From NCBI RefSeq assembly GCF_006345805.1, contig NC_043014.1, positions 37,820,001-37,884,000 on the forward strand: a stretch of DNA of 64,000 nt, read 5' to 3'. A program made the translations under genes and the position numbers. The notes beneath the pieces were generated by a model, which was not told the DNA's origin, searched no databases, and worked only from the letters and a program-made list of their open reading frames with translations. Of the stretch, positions 39,707 to 53,810 are shown in pieces. Source of the stretch: Octopus sinensis. Lineage: Eukaryota. The number at the start of each line of letters is the position of its first letter. Position 1 is the first letter of the stretch.

Positions 39707-41332
39707 GTGTGTGTGTGTGTATAAATATATAAATATATATACATATAGATAAATGGATAGATAAATAGATAAATATATAGATATATATGTAAATACGAGC
39801 AAAACGCCCCCTGTCCAATGGACGGTGCTGAGTTGTCAAGGATTTAAACCAAGTTTTCTCAAAACAACTTGTCCGACCGTCCCATAGGCCTGCCCTTTGA
39901 GAAACACTGATTTAACCTAAATTTGAGACACTAGCAAAGGAAGAAATAAAGATAGACTTTTTTCTATTCTAAAGAAAAATGATTTTATTCACACAAATAT
40001 GCAACTGAAGAATTCAAAGTACCAGTAAGTACATCGCAACAGCTGATGTACTTGCACATACAAATGCACGTTCCCACGGCTTTATCGATTGCATTCTCAC
40101 CTGGAATCGATTTTTGTAATTTTTTTCAAGACTTATACACGCCCTAATACCGTCAGTATCTTCATATCAAATTTGAGCGCAATCGGATGGAGGATGCCCG
40201 AGACCCTAGAAGACACACACACAGACAAACAGAATGGATTTTATATAATAGATATGTATGTATGCATGCATGTGTTCATGTATGTATGTATGTATGTATG
40301 TATGTATGTATGTATGTATGTATGTATGTATGTATGTGTATGTAAGTGCATTTGTGTGTTGTCTCCTCACAATTGCTCGAAAACTGATGTTGGTTTGTTG
40401 CCTTCAAGGTGGTTTAGCTGGATAACATAGCTGCAATTCTATGACTGAAAGAAACAAAGCTCTAAAAGATAACTCACTACACCTGTTATAATGGTGAAGA
40501 ACAGGTAAAAAATACAAAAAGGAAATGGAAAATATCAGAAGCTGTTATAAGTCTAAAACCTTGATCCAAGAAAGGCAATGAACTCACCAAAGAGTACTGT
40601 TAGGTTTTGATATATATCCAAAAACAGAAAACCTGTTGAAATATTTGTGGAAGAAGCTAGTAAGAAATGACTCGTTGCTTATGACAGCCTAAGATACATA
40701 CCTCCAAATGTGTAATATCTATTTTGAAAAATTCTAGAAGGTGCCAAAAAAAATGGTACTAGTTATGGCTGTGCATGGGACGAGTCAAGTGACCTTGAGT
40801 ACTTTGACTATTTCTACTAAAAAAAGAAAGGAAATAAAAGAAAAAAAGGAAAAGATATGTTTAAAATGATTTCAATGCTTCTAGAAATATTTCTTGTAGG
40901 AAACGGACAGAAATAACATGTTGATGAGTTTGTATAGGTTGGATATTATTGGTGATATCAGAGAGAGAAAAAAATGGCATTCTCTTTTTGGGTTTGCTTC
41001 ACTGTCTAACAAGAATTGGTACAAATATTTTTGTTCTGGTACTTCTATATACATATGCATACACCTACCTACAAATACACAAATACATACATACATACAT
41101 ACTTACGTACACATGTACATACTCTTTACTCTCTCTTTTACTCTTTTACTTGTTTCAGTCATTTGATTGTGGCCATGCTGGAGCACCGCCTTTAGTCGAG
41201 CAAATCGACCCCGGGACTTATTCTTTGTAAGCCCAGTACTTATTCTATCAGTCTCTTTTGCCGAACCACTAAGTGACGGCGATGTAAACACACCAGCATC
41301 GATTGTCAAGCAATGCTAGGGGGACAAACACA

Positions 41333-41402
<70 letters not shown>

Positions 41403-44400
41403 CACATGTATACGATGGGCTTCTTTCAGTTTCTGTCTACCAATTCCACTCACAAGGCTTTGGTCGGCCCGAGGCTATAGTAGAAGACACTTGCCCAAGA
41501 TGCCACACAGTGGGACTGAACCTGGAACCATGTGGCTGGTAAGCAAGCTCATCATCATCATTGTTCGACCGTGGTCGAGACTTTCATAGTCTTTTCAAAT
41601 GGCTAATAATGTGTGTGCGCGCCACTACTACACACATTGGAAAGCATTGTACAACCAAGTACTAAAGAAGATCTTTCCTCCTCCATGAAACAAAGCTGTT
41701 CCCGCTGGACGTCAACCCAGTATTTCTAAGCTACGGACCCAGTGATTTATTGTAAGGTTATCTCCCTAGATAGATTGCCTTCACTATGGCTAAGGAGCCC
41801 TTTCTACCCCACACAGCTACTTACCACACAGCCACTCCTGCACCTATACTGTGTACAGTTATAAGGCAAGTGGGTTGGATATTCTATATCGAACCATATT
41901 TTTGCTATTCTTTACTAAAGTTATTTACTAAAAAAAACACTCACAAAAAAAAAAAATGCCCACACAAAAAATTGAAATAGGTACATGCTTGGCTATATGT
42001 TTAGAAGTTTGCTTCCCAAAAATTTGGTTTTGAGTTCAGTGTCACTGTGTGGTATTTTGGGAATGCATCTTCTATAACCCCAAGCAGAGCAAAGCCTCGT
42101 GAGTGGATATGGTAGACAGAAACTGAAAAAAACATGTTGCGTATGTATATATATGTATGTATGTGTGTGTGTGTGTGATTGTGTTTGATTATGCCCCCCC
42201 CATACACACACACACACATGCACGCCACCATTGCTTGGCAATCTGCATTGATTTGTTTGCATCCCTGTACTTGGCAGTGCAGCAAAAGTGGCCCATAGAA
42301 TAAATTAGCACCAGGCTTTAAAAATAAGTATTAGACACTGTCTTTGATAAAAAACTAAACAAAAAAAACCATACAAAGCGTTGCTCCATCATGGCCATAG
42401 TTTAATGACTGAAACAAGTAAAGAATAGAAGGCAAATAAATTTACCAATTTTTTTTTGTTTTTAAATAAAGAATAACAATCAATTTTAGCTAGTTTGCTA
42501 CAGTTTCATTTTTTATGTATTTTTCTTAATGTCATTGGCTTTTGAGAATTTGAAAATGAAAAAAAAAGAAGAAAAAACTATCATTGGGTTATATATACAC
42601 AGTCAAGGACCTTTTATAACTTTGTTGGATCATATATACCCAATATAACATATATACCCAATCATATATACTCAATTATATATACCCAATCTGAGACATA
42701 ACACATTGGAAACATTACCGAACACATATACTCACTGTATGTGCTTTGCTTGTTTGCAGGCATACTGTGATTTAGTGCAGTGGGGATGACACCCGCCAAG
42801 CAATATATTTAATAGTTTCAAAGTTTAACAGATGGCTAGCAGTTTTGAGGGGAGGGGCAAGTTTATAACATCACTCCCTGTGCTCAACTAGTACTTAGTT
42901 TATCAACCTAGAAAGGAATGAAAGGCAAAACTGAACTTGGTAGAATTTGAACCCAAAATGTTAAGTCAGGACAAAATGCTGGTGTATAGAATATTATCTG
43001 TTAGTAAACAAGACATTTTAAAAATTTGTATTTTTTTAAAGACAATTTTTTGAAGTATATGACCTTTAGCGTACTCTTTGTTCTGGATAAATACCTTACA
43101 AGGCTAGGCCTGTGTGGTTGCCTTTGGTATGTAGTTACATTTAGTCAATATAACTATATGTGGTCTGTGTGACTGTACTTGCTTTGTGTTTATATTTAGT
43201 CTGCATGACTATTGCATGAAACATTTTTGGTCCATGTGACCACTTTTGATTTTGAAGATTGTTTAGAGAACTGGAGCATAAGAGCAGATGTTTTCCACAA
43301 TATACAGGTTTGATAAATAACTAATGCACACCACAAGAATATAAGCCCAGATATAGAGCAGGATTAAGACCAATTGGTATCCTAAGCAGAGTCCAGCAAT
43401 CGTGCTTTTAGTCCTTCAATAATTGTGCTTTCAGTCCCTATTTAGACAGCAAGATCTAAATACTAATTTCTAAAATTAAAAATCCAGTTTTCTTTTAGGC
43501 CATCCTCTTACTGATATTAAATATACCATGTTTGCAAGCATATAAAACACACATTTTATTTCTAAATGTCTTAAAGATTTGCTCTCCATCTAGTGTGGTT
43601 ATATTACAGAAGGGTTACCAAGTGTTGTTTGCTCATACATAACCCATACCTGATGTCTGGGTTAGCACATTGGACAAATGCTTAGTGGTATTTCTTCTGA
43701 CTCTTTATGTTCTGAGTTCAAATCCTGAAGTCAACTGTGTCTTACATTGTTTAATGGCTGTGTTCATCATCATCATCATCGTTGTTTAACGCCCGTTTTC
43801 CATGCTAGCATGTGTTGGACGGTTTTGACTGAGGACTGGCAAACAGATGGCTGCACCAGGCTCCAATCTTGTTCTGGCAGAGTTTCTACAGCTGGATGCC
43901 CTTCCTAACGCCAACCACTCCGAGAGTGTAGTGAGTGCTTTTATGTGCCGCTGGCACTAGGGCCAGTCAGGCGGTACTGGCAACGATCACGGAAAATCGT
44001 GTTTTTTTTTTGTTACTTTTAAGAAACATCTTTTAATTATCTGAATGAAAAATTCTCGAAGGATGAATGGAATGTTAAACTTTCTTCTGTGTGTCAACTA
44101 TTTGCAATGAGTGGATGACAACAAAACCATAGTGGTGGTGTCACCCTGGTGGCCAATTATGATTACAGAAAAACATTACAGCCAAAAAATATGAGTTTTA
44201 TGTTCTATAGAATAACTCTCTCGACCAAAGTATAAACAACTATACAGTTGATTTGAAAGAAGATAAAATTGAATATAGCTTATATGTTACATATTTATTG
44301 CTACCTATTTTATAGCACTACAGTATTCTGTCCCAACATTGTATTTTACACGTACAGAAACATGCATTTTCCGTCTACGAAACCACTTTATAATATCTTT

Positions 44401-44598
44401 TAAATAGGTGTATAATGAAACATTAAATTTGCTTTGTCAGCAATATAAAGTTGTAAAACAGGTGCGTATCTCATGCAAGAATGCATCTATTATGCTTTCC
44501 AATAAGGTAACCTGTTTTGTTTTTCTTTTTGATTATATATTTCTCATTCAAAGGCATGCCACATTAAAGCCAATTATTTGTGTCCTAACCATACACAA

Positions 44599-44928
44599 TG
44601 AGGGCGCGTGGCTTAGTGGTTAGGGCACTCGGCTCATGATCGTAAGGTTGTGAGTTCGATTCCCGGCGACGCGTTGTGTCCTTGAGCAAGACACTTTATT
44701 TCACGTTGCTCCAGTCCACTCAGCTGGCAAAAATGAGTTGTACTTGTATTTCAAAAGGTCAGCCTTGTCACTCTCTGTGTCACGCTGATTATCCCCGAGA
44801 ACTACGTTAAGGGTACATGTGTCTGTGGAATGCTCAGCCATTTGCACGTTAATTTCACGAGCAAGCTGTTCCGTTGATCGTATCAGCTGGGACCCTCGTC
44901 GTCGTAACCGGCGGAGTCTTAAAGAAAG
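44599..44928 (+). mobile_element. Young tRNA-derived SINE with 12-bp TSD
   Basis: A/B-box-like head (tggcttagtgg, gttcgattccc); TSD aaccatacacaa at 44587-44598 and 44929-44940. Confidence 0.9.
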
Positions 44929-45049
44929 AACCATACACAAAGGTTACAAAGTTAGATCAAGCTTTCAGCACTTTCTCATATGTTAAAAGAAAAGGCGTGG
45001 CTGTGTGGTAAGAAGCTTGCTTCCCAACCGCATGTTTCTAGGTTTAGTC

Positions 45050-45371
45050 CAGTAGTTGCCAAACTTTTTCTGACTGGCACCTATTTGACACTCAAGCCAC
45101 ATTCCTAGTACCTTCTCCCGCCCACTCAGCACCCCAAATGTAGATGACTTTCTGCAGCAAATTCAAAACTACATTATTTCATAAATGAAACTTAACCTAA
45201 ATAACCCATTATCTTTAGGATGGGGGCAGAGGTGGGGATGGTGGGTGCCAGTTACATCGCCCCCTTTTGATCGATGAATTTGTGCTCCACTTTTCCTCAA
45301 TGCCACCCACCCCCGATGCTTCCACCACCAACAGGGGCTGGAGACAGTACCACTCACTTCGGGAACCACTG
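45050..45371. mobile_element. hAT (Charlie-like) MITE inserted into a SINE head
   Basis: Termini cagtagttgccaaac / ttcgggaaccactg; TSD gtttagtc/gtttagta; the host SINE resumes on the far side. Confidence 0.8.
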
Positions 45372-46200
45372 GTTTAGTACCTCAGTATGGCACCTTGCAC
45401 AAGTTTCTTTTACTGTAACTTTGGGCTGACCAAAGCATTGTGAGTAGATTTGGTAGATGGGAACTGAAAGAAGCCTGTTGTGTGTGCGTGTGTGTGAGTG
45501 TGTATATATATATATATGATATGTATATATATATGCATATATATATGTATATATGTATACATTCTTTTACGTGTTTCAGTTATTTGACTGCTGTAATGTT
45601 GGAGCACTGCCTTAAAGGGTTTCAGTTGAAGAAATTGACCCCAGGACTTATTCTTTGTAAGCCTAGTACTTATTCTATCGGTCTCTTTTGCCAAATCGTC
45701 AAGTTATGGGGATGTAAAAACTCCAACTTTGGTTGTCAAGTGATAGGTGGGTGGGGGGACCAAACACAGACACAAAGACACACACATTCACACACACACA
45801 CACACACATATGGCAGGCTTCTTTCAGTTTCCGTCTGCCAAATCCAGTCGTAAGGTACTTGGCCAAGGTAGCACGCAGTGGGACTGAACTCGGAACTATG
45901 TGGTTTGGAAGGAAGCTTCTTATTACACAACCGTGACTGCGTGTACACGCACGTACACACACACACACACACACAGACATACTCTTTTACTCTTTTACTT
46001 GTTTCAGTCATTTGACTGTGGCCATGCTGGAGCGCCACCTTTAAGTCGAACAAATCGATCCCAGGACTTATTCTTTGTAAGCCTAGTACTTATTCTATCG
46101 GTCTCTTTTGCCGAACCACTAAATTATGAGGGCGTATACACACCAGCATCGGTTGTCAAGCGATGTTGGGGGGGGGGGGATAAACACAGACACACAAACG

Positions 46201-46248
<48 letters not shown>

Positions 46249-47796
46249 AAATATATATATGGAGGCGCAATGGCCTAGTGGTTAGGGCAGCGGACTTGCG
46301 GTCGTAGGATCGCGGTTTCGATTCCCAGACCGGGCGTTGTGTGTGTTTATTGAACATAGTCTTGGTAGAATGTATATTTACATTATTAAATATTATATTT
46401 ACACTTCATATTATATTATATAAGTATATATAGGTTGTACTTCGTTCAGTTTCCATCTAGCAAATATTCTATCAAGACTATGTTCAGTCTGGGACCATAG
46501 TAAAAGACACTCACTCCAGATGTTGCAAAGTGGAACAGAATCTGAGATCACATGGTTAGAAAGGAAGTTGTTTAACCACACAGCCACGTTCATTCCTTTG
46601 ATGCTGCTCTCTATTCGTCTATGTTAAAATGCAAACAGAAATGTGACAGTTAAAGGGTACATAGGAATCACAATCTCGATGCAGCTCAGCCTCACATACA
46701 GTGTAAGGAGATAAAGCCCAAAACGCTTACAAAGGAGAAAAAAATACAAAATATGATTTATTCTTTTCTACTCTAGGCACAAGGTCCGAAATTTTCGCGG
46801 GGGTGGGGAGCAGTCGATTAGACCGACCCCTATACGCAACTCCGAAAGGCAAAGTCGACCTCGGTGGAATTTGAACTCAGAACGTGAAGACAGGCGAAAT
46901 ACCTATTTCTTTACTGCCCACAAGGGGCTAAACACAGAGGGGACAAACAAGGACAGACAAACAGATTAAGTCGATTATATCGACCCCAGTGCGTAACTAG
47001 TACATATTTAATCGACCCCGAAGAGATGAAAGGCAAAGTCGACCTCGGCGGGATTTGAACTCAAAACGCCCCCGTCCAATGGTCGGTGCTGAGTTGTCAA
47101 ACATTTAAACCAAATTTTCTCAAAACAACTTGTCCGACCGTCCCATAGGCCTCCCCTTTGAGAAACTCTGATTTAACCTAAATTTGAGATACCAGCAAAA
47201 GAAGAAATAAATATAGACTTTTTTTCTATTCCAAAGAAAAAACGATTTCCTACGGCTTTATCAATAGCATTCTCACCTGAAATCGATTTTTGTAATGTTT
47301 TCAAGACTTATACACGCCTTTCAAATTTGAGCGCAATCGGATGGAGGATGCCCGAGATCCTAGAAGCCACACACACAGACAGACAGAACGGATTTTATAT
47401 AAGAGGTTATTAAAGAAGTTGTAGCAACTCCCATGCAACACGTGACATTTTAACACTCACTGTTTTTCACGGATTTTGCTAACCTAGATACCAGTATTCT
47501 CACAGTAGTTTTGGCCATATAAACAGACCACGAGACAGCCTCACCTTCTTTAGTTTCGTCTGAATTGAACAACAAACTATCTCTTTTCAGCTGCTTTAAA
47601 ATATGAAACACGAGTTCAATTGAGCACGAGATCAAGTTGCAGAACATCATTTTTTGTTTAACTACCGTAAAGTGCAAAATTTTCTCATTCATGCCATATA
47701 TAATACTCAAAAGGAACTTTAATTCAAGAACGTATGCATAATACTATTTTAAGACGCTGAATTACATATTTGACGTTACGAATACAAAAAGTATAA

Positions 47797-48907
47797 ATAT
47801 TTTCTGCAACACCTTTATGCACGTTTCAATTCTATTAATTTTTTTTTCTATGCATGAATTACTATCCATTTTAAAATTCGCGTTTCGCAACCGTTAGAAG
47901 AACACGTTCCGTTTTACAACTTCGAATTATAGTATCACAAGGCCAGAAGAAGTATGCACATCTGGTATTACATAAAAATAAAAGAAAACTGGGATCTTTA
48001 CTTTTTGACCTACAGATTTAAAAAATAACTTTTTGTAACTAAACACTTTCAAACTTCGGACACTGGTAGAATGTGTCATACAAAACATCTTTTACTCTTA
48101 GCATTTTTGAAAAAAAACTTATATTTAGGAAGTTGTTTTACGTTAAAGTTGTAGTATTTCGGTAATTTCAACCAAACAATGACGTGTATTCAACTGAATA
48201 AAATTACTGCTGTTGTTTCTCAGCAAGAACCTTCGGCGGTGTATATTTTGTTTGTCACTGTTATTTATGACAACTCTAACCCTAATCCTAAAACCTTAAC
48301 CCTAACCGTAACCCTAAAGCCCTAACCCTAACCTTAAAGCCCTAACCCTAACCCTAAAACCCTAACCATAACACCCTAACCCTAAAACCCTAACCCTAAT
48401 CCTAAAACCTTAAAACCAGTACAAACGCACGAACGATATCATAAATAACAGTAACAAACGAAATATACACCGTCGATAGTTGTGGTTTAAACAACGGCAG
48501 TAATTTTATTCAGCTGAATACACGTCATTGATTGGTTGAAATTACCGAAATACGACAACTTTAACACGAAATAACTTCGTACATATAAGTTTTTCTCGAA
48601 AATGCTAAGAGTAAAAGATGTTTTATATGACACATTCTACCAGTGTCCGAAGTTTCAAAGTGTTTAGTTACAAAAAATTATTTTTAAATCTGTAGGTCAA
48701 AAGGTAAAGATCCATATTTTCTGGAACACCTTTATGCACATTTCAATTTTATTAATTTTTTTTCTATGCATGAATTACTATCCATCTTAAAATTCGCGTT
48801 TCGCAACCGTTAGAAGAACATGTTCCGTTTAACAACTTCGAATTATAGTATCACAAGGCCAGAAGAAGTATGCACATCTGGTATTGCATAAAAATATAAG
48901 AAAAATG
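47797..48907 (+). repeat. About 195-bp direct duplication (47797-47991 and 48714-48907) abutting both ends of a MITE
   Basis: About 9 substitutions and 1 indel by manual alignment. Confidence 0.9.
47992..48713. mobile_element. Palindromic MITE with about 280-bp arms, GGATC termini and a (CCCTAA)n-like core (about 48278-48415)
   Basis: The two arms are reverse complements by direct reading; the core is degenerate telomeric repeat. Confidence 0.88.
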
Positions 48908-48959
48908 CTATAATTAATTTTTTTCTATCCCTGTGCATCCGTATTTTTTCTATATTGGT

Positions 48960-51050
48960 CCCAACGAGATTCCAAAGCAATTGAACAACACAGTATATGT
49001 TTGCACATGTATTTTAAAATAATTGAGCAATTCGTATTTGTAGATACGTTCGACGAGGTTGAACAGTACAGAATGTGTTCATCAATATTGTCTATATTGA
49101 GGACTTCGACCTTCGATCAAACAGCCTTGTTTTCTAACGAACTGCTAGTTTATATTCACAGTCATTGCTATTATCACTATGACTTGTCAACAGCGCCTCT
49201 GTTGACCACCAAGATACCACCAGGCAAAGCAGACATCATCTTAATTGCAACGTAGTTTTAGCTGCGTTTCTTTCAAGAATCAACGCAACAAGTTTTACCG
49301 AGTGTGTGCAACGTAAGTTTGGACACAAATCGTGTTGTGACGTGAAAGCTTTTTCGTAAGAGTACTTCTTACGGAATCATCATGGCTGAGGATGTTATGT
49401 AGTCGATAGATATTCTTCAGAAACGGGATCAGGCAGACTAGTTGAAGTTTGGGAAGTAAGAGAGCTTTCAAACTGTACAATGTACGTAGGTAACTTTTGT
49501 CTCACAGACTGTGGTCTTACACGAATTGCGGTAGAAAGTGCGGTAGTAGAGAAGGGTATTTTTTTTTCTGAGCGATGCACACAAACCTTTGTACTACCGT
49601 AACGTAGTTTTGCGTGAACCACTTGAGTGATTTGGGGTTCTGACAATTAAGTGAGGGATGAGGAAGATCATACTTAAGGAGATAGTGTCGATGACCTATT
49701 TAGCTGTCTCAGATCACTAGTGAAGTGTATTTACGACCAGAGCTCCGAACACTCAATTAACTCGAAGTACCTATTTCTTTACTACCCACAAGGGGTTAAA
49801 CACAGAGAGGACAAACAAGGACAGACAAACGGATTAAATCGATTATATCGACCCCAGTGCGTAACTAGTACTCAATTTATCGACCCCGAAAGGATGACAG
49901 GCAAAGTCGACCTCGGCGGAATTTGAACTCAGAACGTAGCGGCAGACGAAATACCAGTAAGCATTTCGTCCGGTGTGCTAACGTTTCTGCCAAAGTACCA
50001 TAGTGTCCAAGAAGTGGGAGAAAAGTGGGGTAGTGTTTAGATATGTGGTGGGTAGCTATGGTAAGGTTTTATGGTAGGTGCAGAGACGATAATGGATTGG
50101 TAGAGAAATAGGAAAGAGATCAAGGACGTTTGAAGTGAGAAAGAGATCAAGGATTATTTGGAGTGTCTACGTAACGTTACAAAATGTTGTAGAGAGTTGA
50201 TGCTTGAAAAATAAAATTTAGATTCTGCAGCAACATCAATGTAGGAGGATGGAGCGTGAGATCAAAACGAGTTGTGAATATTGAAGTCAACGAAGATTGA
50301 CTTCATAGAAGAAGAAAGAGGATGGAAGTTCTCGATGCAGGACGAGAGACGGCTGGTGGTTGTAGGAGTTCGGAGAGTTGTTGAGTCAGTAGATGTAATT
50401 AAGAGTGTATGTGAGGGCGCGTGGCTTAGTGGTTAGGGCATTCGGCTCATGATCGTAAGGTTGTGAGTTCGATTCCCGGCGACGCGTTGTGTCCTTGAGC
50501 AAGACACTTCATTTCACGTTGCTCCAGTCCACTCAGCTGGCAAAAATGAGTTGTACTTGTATTTCAAAGGGTCAGCCTTGTCACTCTCTGTGTCACGCTG
50601 ATTATCCCCGAGAACTACGTTAAGGGTACACGTGTCTGTGGAATGCTCAGCCATTTGCACGTTAATTTCACGAGCAAGCTGTTCCGTTGATCGTATCAGC
50701 TGGGACCCTCGTCGTCGTAACCGGCGGAGTCTTTTAGAGAATTAAGAGTGTAAGGGAGAGCCCTTTGAGTATTAATAACTTGGAATCATGGTTACTGATA
50801 TCCAGGTGAGAGATGCGTGATCGGCACTTAGAGTGGAATCAAAATATGAGCAGACATCAGCTTTGAGAATGAATGTTGGGAGTAAACTGACAGCAGAGAT
50901 GAGCTATTTGGGGGAAAAAAAGGGGGGAGAGAGTTTTGTATAGGAAGGAAGGGAGGAAGAACACGCGTCTTGCGTGTTTGTAGGAGGTGACGGGTGTGAC
51001 CTGAGTAAAACCGAGTTCCCCCAAATGTTTGATTCAAAAAATAACAACAA
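48960..51050 (-). mobile_element. Highly degenerate CR1/L2-like LINE (endonuclease and RT-tail remnants), interrupted by SINEs at 49750-49992 and 50410-50739
   Basis: Minus-frame remnants IFVDFNIHN, LQHFVT, LDLFLTSN (50000-50400) and LY..KALLLPKL..PFLKNIYRL (49400-49500). Confidence 0.5.
50410..50739 (+). mobile_element. Young tRNA-derived SINE with 13-bp TSD, near-identical to 44599-44928
   Basis: TSD aattaagagtgta at 50397-50409 and 50740-50752. Confidence 0.9.
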
Positions 51051-51628
51051 CAGTAACAACAACAACAACAACAATAATAGATTGTTTTGTGCATTCATCT
51101 GCATCCATTTATAAATCTGTTCACCATTTCACCAATCAATACAGTTGATAAGTTTTAGGAAAGACAAATTATAAACAATCAACTTCCAGAATTCAATAAA
51201 TAAAAAAAATGAAAACAAAAATAAAAAAAAAAGAAAGATGGAAGTTGCAGAGCCAGTCAAACTTGAGAACAACAACAACAAACAAAACAAAACAAAAAAA
51301 AAAGAGAAAAAACAGGTAAGTATATTTTTCTAAAGATACCAACAAAACAATAAATTTAATAATTGAATTGCAGCAAAAAAAAAAAAGAAAGTTTGACAAG
51401 AACTCCGTATTGTCACCAATGTTCCGACAAGAAAACAAAATAGGAAAAAAAAAAAAAAAAAAATGGAAAAATAGTGGCTGTGTGGTAAGTAGCTTGCTTA
51501 CCAACCACATGGTTCCGGGTTCAGTTCCACTGCGTGGCATCTTGGGCAAGTGTCTTCGGCTATAGCCCCGGGCCGAATAATGCCTTGTGAGTGGATTTGG
51601 TAGACGGAAACTGAAAGAAGCCTGTCGG

Positions 51629-51662
<34 letters not shown>

Positions 51663-51935
51663 TATATATATTGTGTGTGTGTGGTGTGTGTGTGGTGTGT
51701 GTGTGTGTGTTTGTGTATCTGTGTTTGTCCCCCTAGCATTGCTTGACAACGATGCTGGTGTGTTTACGTTCCCGTCACTTAGCGGTTCGGCAAAAGAGAC
51801 CGATAGAATAAGTACTGGGCTTACAAAAGAATAAGTCCCGGGGTCGATTTGCTCTCGACTAAAGGCGGTGCTCCAGCATGGCCGCAGTCAAATGACTGAA
51901 ACAAGTAAAAGAGTAAAAGAGAGAGAGAGAGAGAG

Positions 51936-52037
<102 letters not shown>

Positions 52038-52056
52038 AGAAGGTGTTTCAACTTAC

Positions 52057-52300
52057 CGCAGGATAGAATGAGTCCTGTGAAAATGCTGCCTATTAAGGAT
52101 ATTTTTGTTGCAGACGTTTGAAATGTGTCCAAAATCTGGATGAGCATTATTCCAAAGCAGCTGGCCAGTCCAGAACAGATAAGGTTGCAGTAGAAGCTAG
52201 CGATACAAACCACCCAGCCCCACCCACCGTCGGGTACAATAGGTATCTTTTGTAGAGGATTTTCATCGCTGGTAAGAGAGCCTTTTTTAGTTTTCGACAT
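52057..52300 (-). CDS. SLC16: SLC16/MCT-family transporter, first identified coding exon (TM1-TM2); exon begins at 52321
   Basis: Translates MSKTKK...PDGGWGWVVCIASFYCNLICSG...IGSIFTGLILSC, containing the SLC16 signature DGGWGW. Acceptor ttcttttctcag|TCAAC at 52322/52321, ATG at 52300, donor TGCG|gtaagt, phase 1. Symbol is family-level only; the orthologue is not resolved. Confidence 0.93.
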
Positions 52301-52820
52301 CCTGAGATCATGTGAAGTTGACTGAGAAAAGAAGAGAGAGAGAGAGAAAGAGAGAGAATGAAAAATAAAGAATGGTAAAGAAAAAAAAAAACAAAATGGA
52401 AAAAATGTCAGTGATAAATGAAAATGTGATGTTAACATATATATATGTGCAGGAGTGGCTGTGTGGTAAGTAACTTGCTTACCAACCACATGGTACTGGG
52501 TTCAATCCCATTGCGTGGCACCTTGGGCCGACCAAAGCCTTGTGAGTGGATTTGGTAGACGGAAACTGAAAGAAGCCCGTCGTATATATATATATATTTA
52601 TATGTATGTATATGTTTGTGTGTCTGTGTTTGTCCACCCCAACATCGCTGGTGTGTTTACGTCTCTGTCACATAGCGGTTCGCCAAAAGAGACCGATAGA
52701 ATAAGTACTAGGCTTACAAAGAATAAGTCCTGGGATTGATTTGCTCGACTAAAGGCGGTGCTCCAGAATGGACGCAGTCAAATGACTGAAACGAATAAAA
52801 AAAGAAAAAAAAAGAAAGAA

Positions 52821-52865
<45 letters not shown>

Positions 52866-53767
52866 TGTGGAGAAATAATTAAACACGCTCATTTGTATGT
52901 ATGAATATATGTATTTGTAAGTGACGGGAGATAAATTAACTCCCACGATTTAATAGAAATTACGTGGCTTCTTTCTATCCACGCAGCTACGTGATTTCAG
53001 TCAGTTTGAAACTGGACAAATAACACACTGGACTTACCCTCACTTTTATAACCATGAATTAGTGATTTAAGTTTACTGATTCTCTACACGTAGATGAGCA
53101 CCAAGAAACATAATAAGGCGGCGAGCTGGCAGAAACGTTAGCACGCCGGCGAAATGCTTAGCGGCATTTTGTCTGCTGTTACGTTCTGTGTTCAAATTCC
53201 GCCGGGGTCGACTTTGCCTTTCAACCTTTCGAGGTCGATAAATTAAGTACCATTTACGCACTGGGGTCGATGTAATCGACTTAATCCGTTTGTCTGTCCT
53301 TGTTTGTCCTCTCTGTGTTTAGCCTCTTGTGGGTAGTAAAGAAATAGGTATTTCGTCTGTCGTTACGTTCTGAGTTCAAATTCTGCCGAGGTCGACTTTG
53401 CCTTTCATCCCTTCAGAATCAATAAAGTAAGTACCAGTTGAGTACTGGGGTCGATGTGATCGACTTCACCCTCTCCACAAAATTCAGGCCTTGTGCCTGT
53501 ATTAGTTGCGAGATGGCAGAATCGTTACAGCGCCGGAAAGAGTGCTCTGTTTAGCCCCTTGTGGGCAATATATATATATATATATATATAATAATAAATA
53601 TTAGGGAATAAATCCAAATTTACAGGGAAAAAATCAGATTTAGGATTAAATCGATTTTATAGTAAAATATTATAAAATATTATTCGAGACAAAACCACTA
53701 TTTTGTAAAACAAACAAGGAAAGACTTAATCAATACATAAAATTTTAATAAATAGTCAAAAAAACCG

Positions 53768-53810
53768 CCACTACAATCGTTTCTTGTCTTGATCGACAAT
53801 CTTCAGGTGG
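53768..53810 (-). ncRNA. Minimal type I hammerhead ribozyme motif with complete core, in a Penelope-like foldback
   Basis: ccac-CUGAAGA-uuguc(gaucaa)gacaa-GAAAC-gauu-GUA-gugg. All core nucleotides are present; stems of 4, 5 and 2 bp. Confidence 0.78.

Noticed and set aside
46261-46335. tRNA-like sequences (also 26348, 28580, 39430, 44599, 50410)
   Set aside because: They continue into SINE bodies or are degenerate heads lacking a proper acceptor stem; not called as tRNA genes.
47450-47710. 86-aa minus ORF in CpG-rich unique DNA
   Set aside because: No recognisable homology, non-ATG start and no convincing splice-site pair.
48278-48415. Possible chromosome end or fusion site
   Set aside because: The telomeric repeats are short, degenerate and enclosed in MITE arms.
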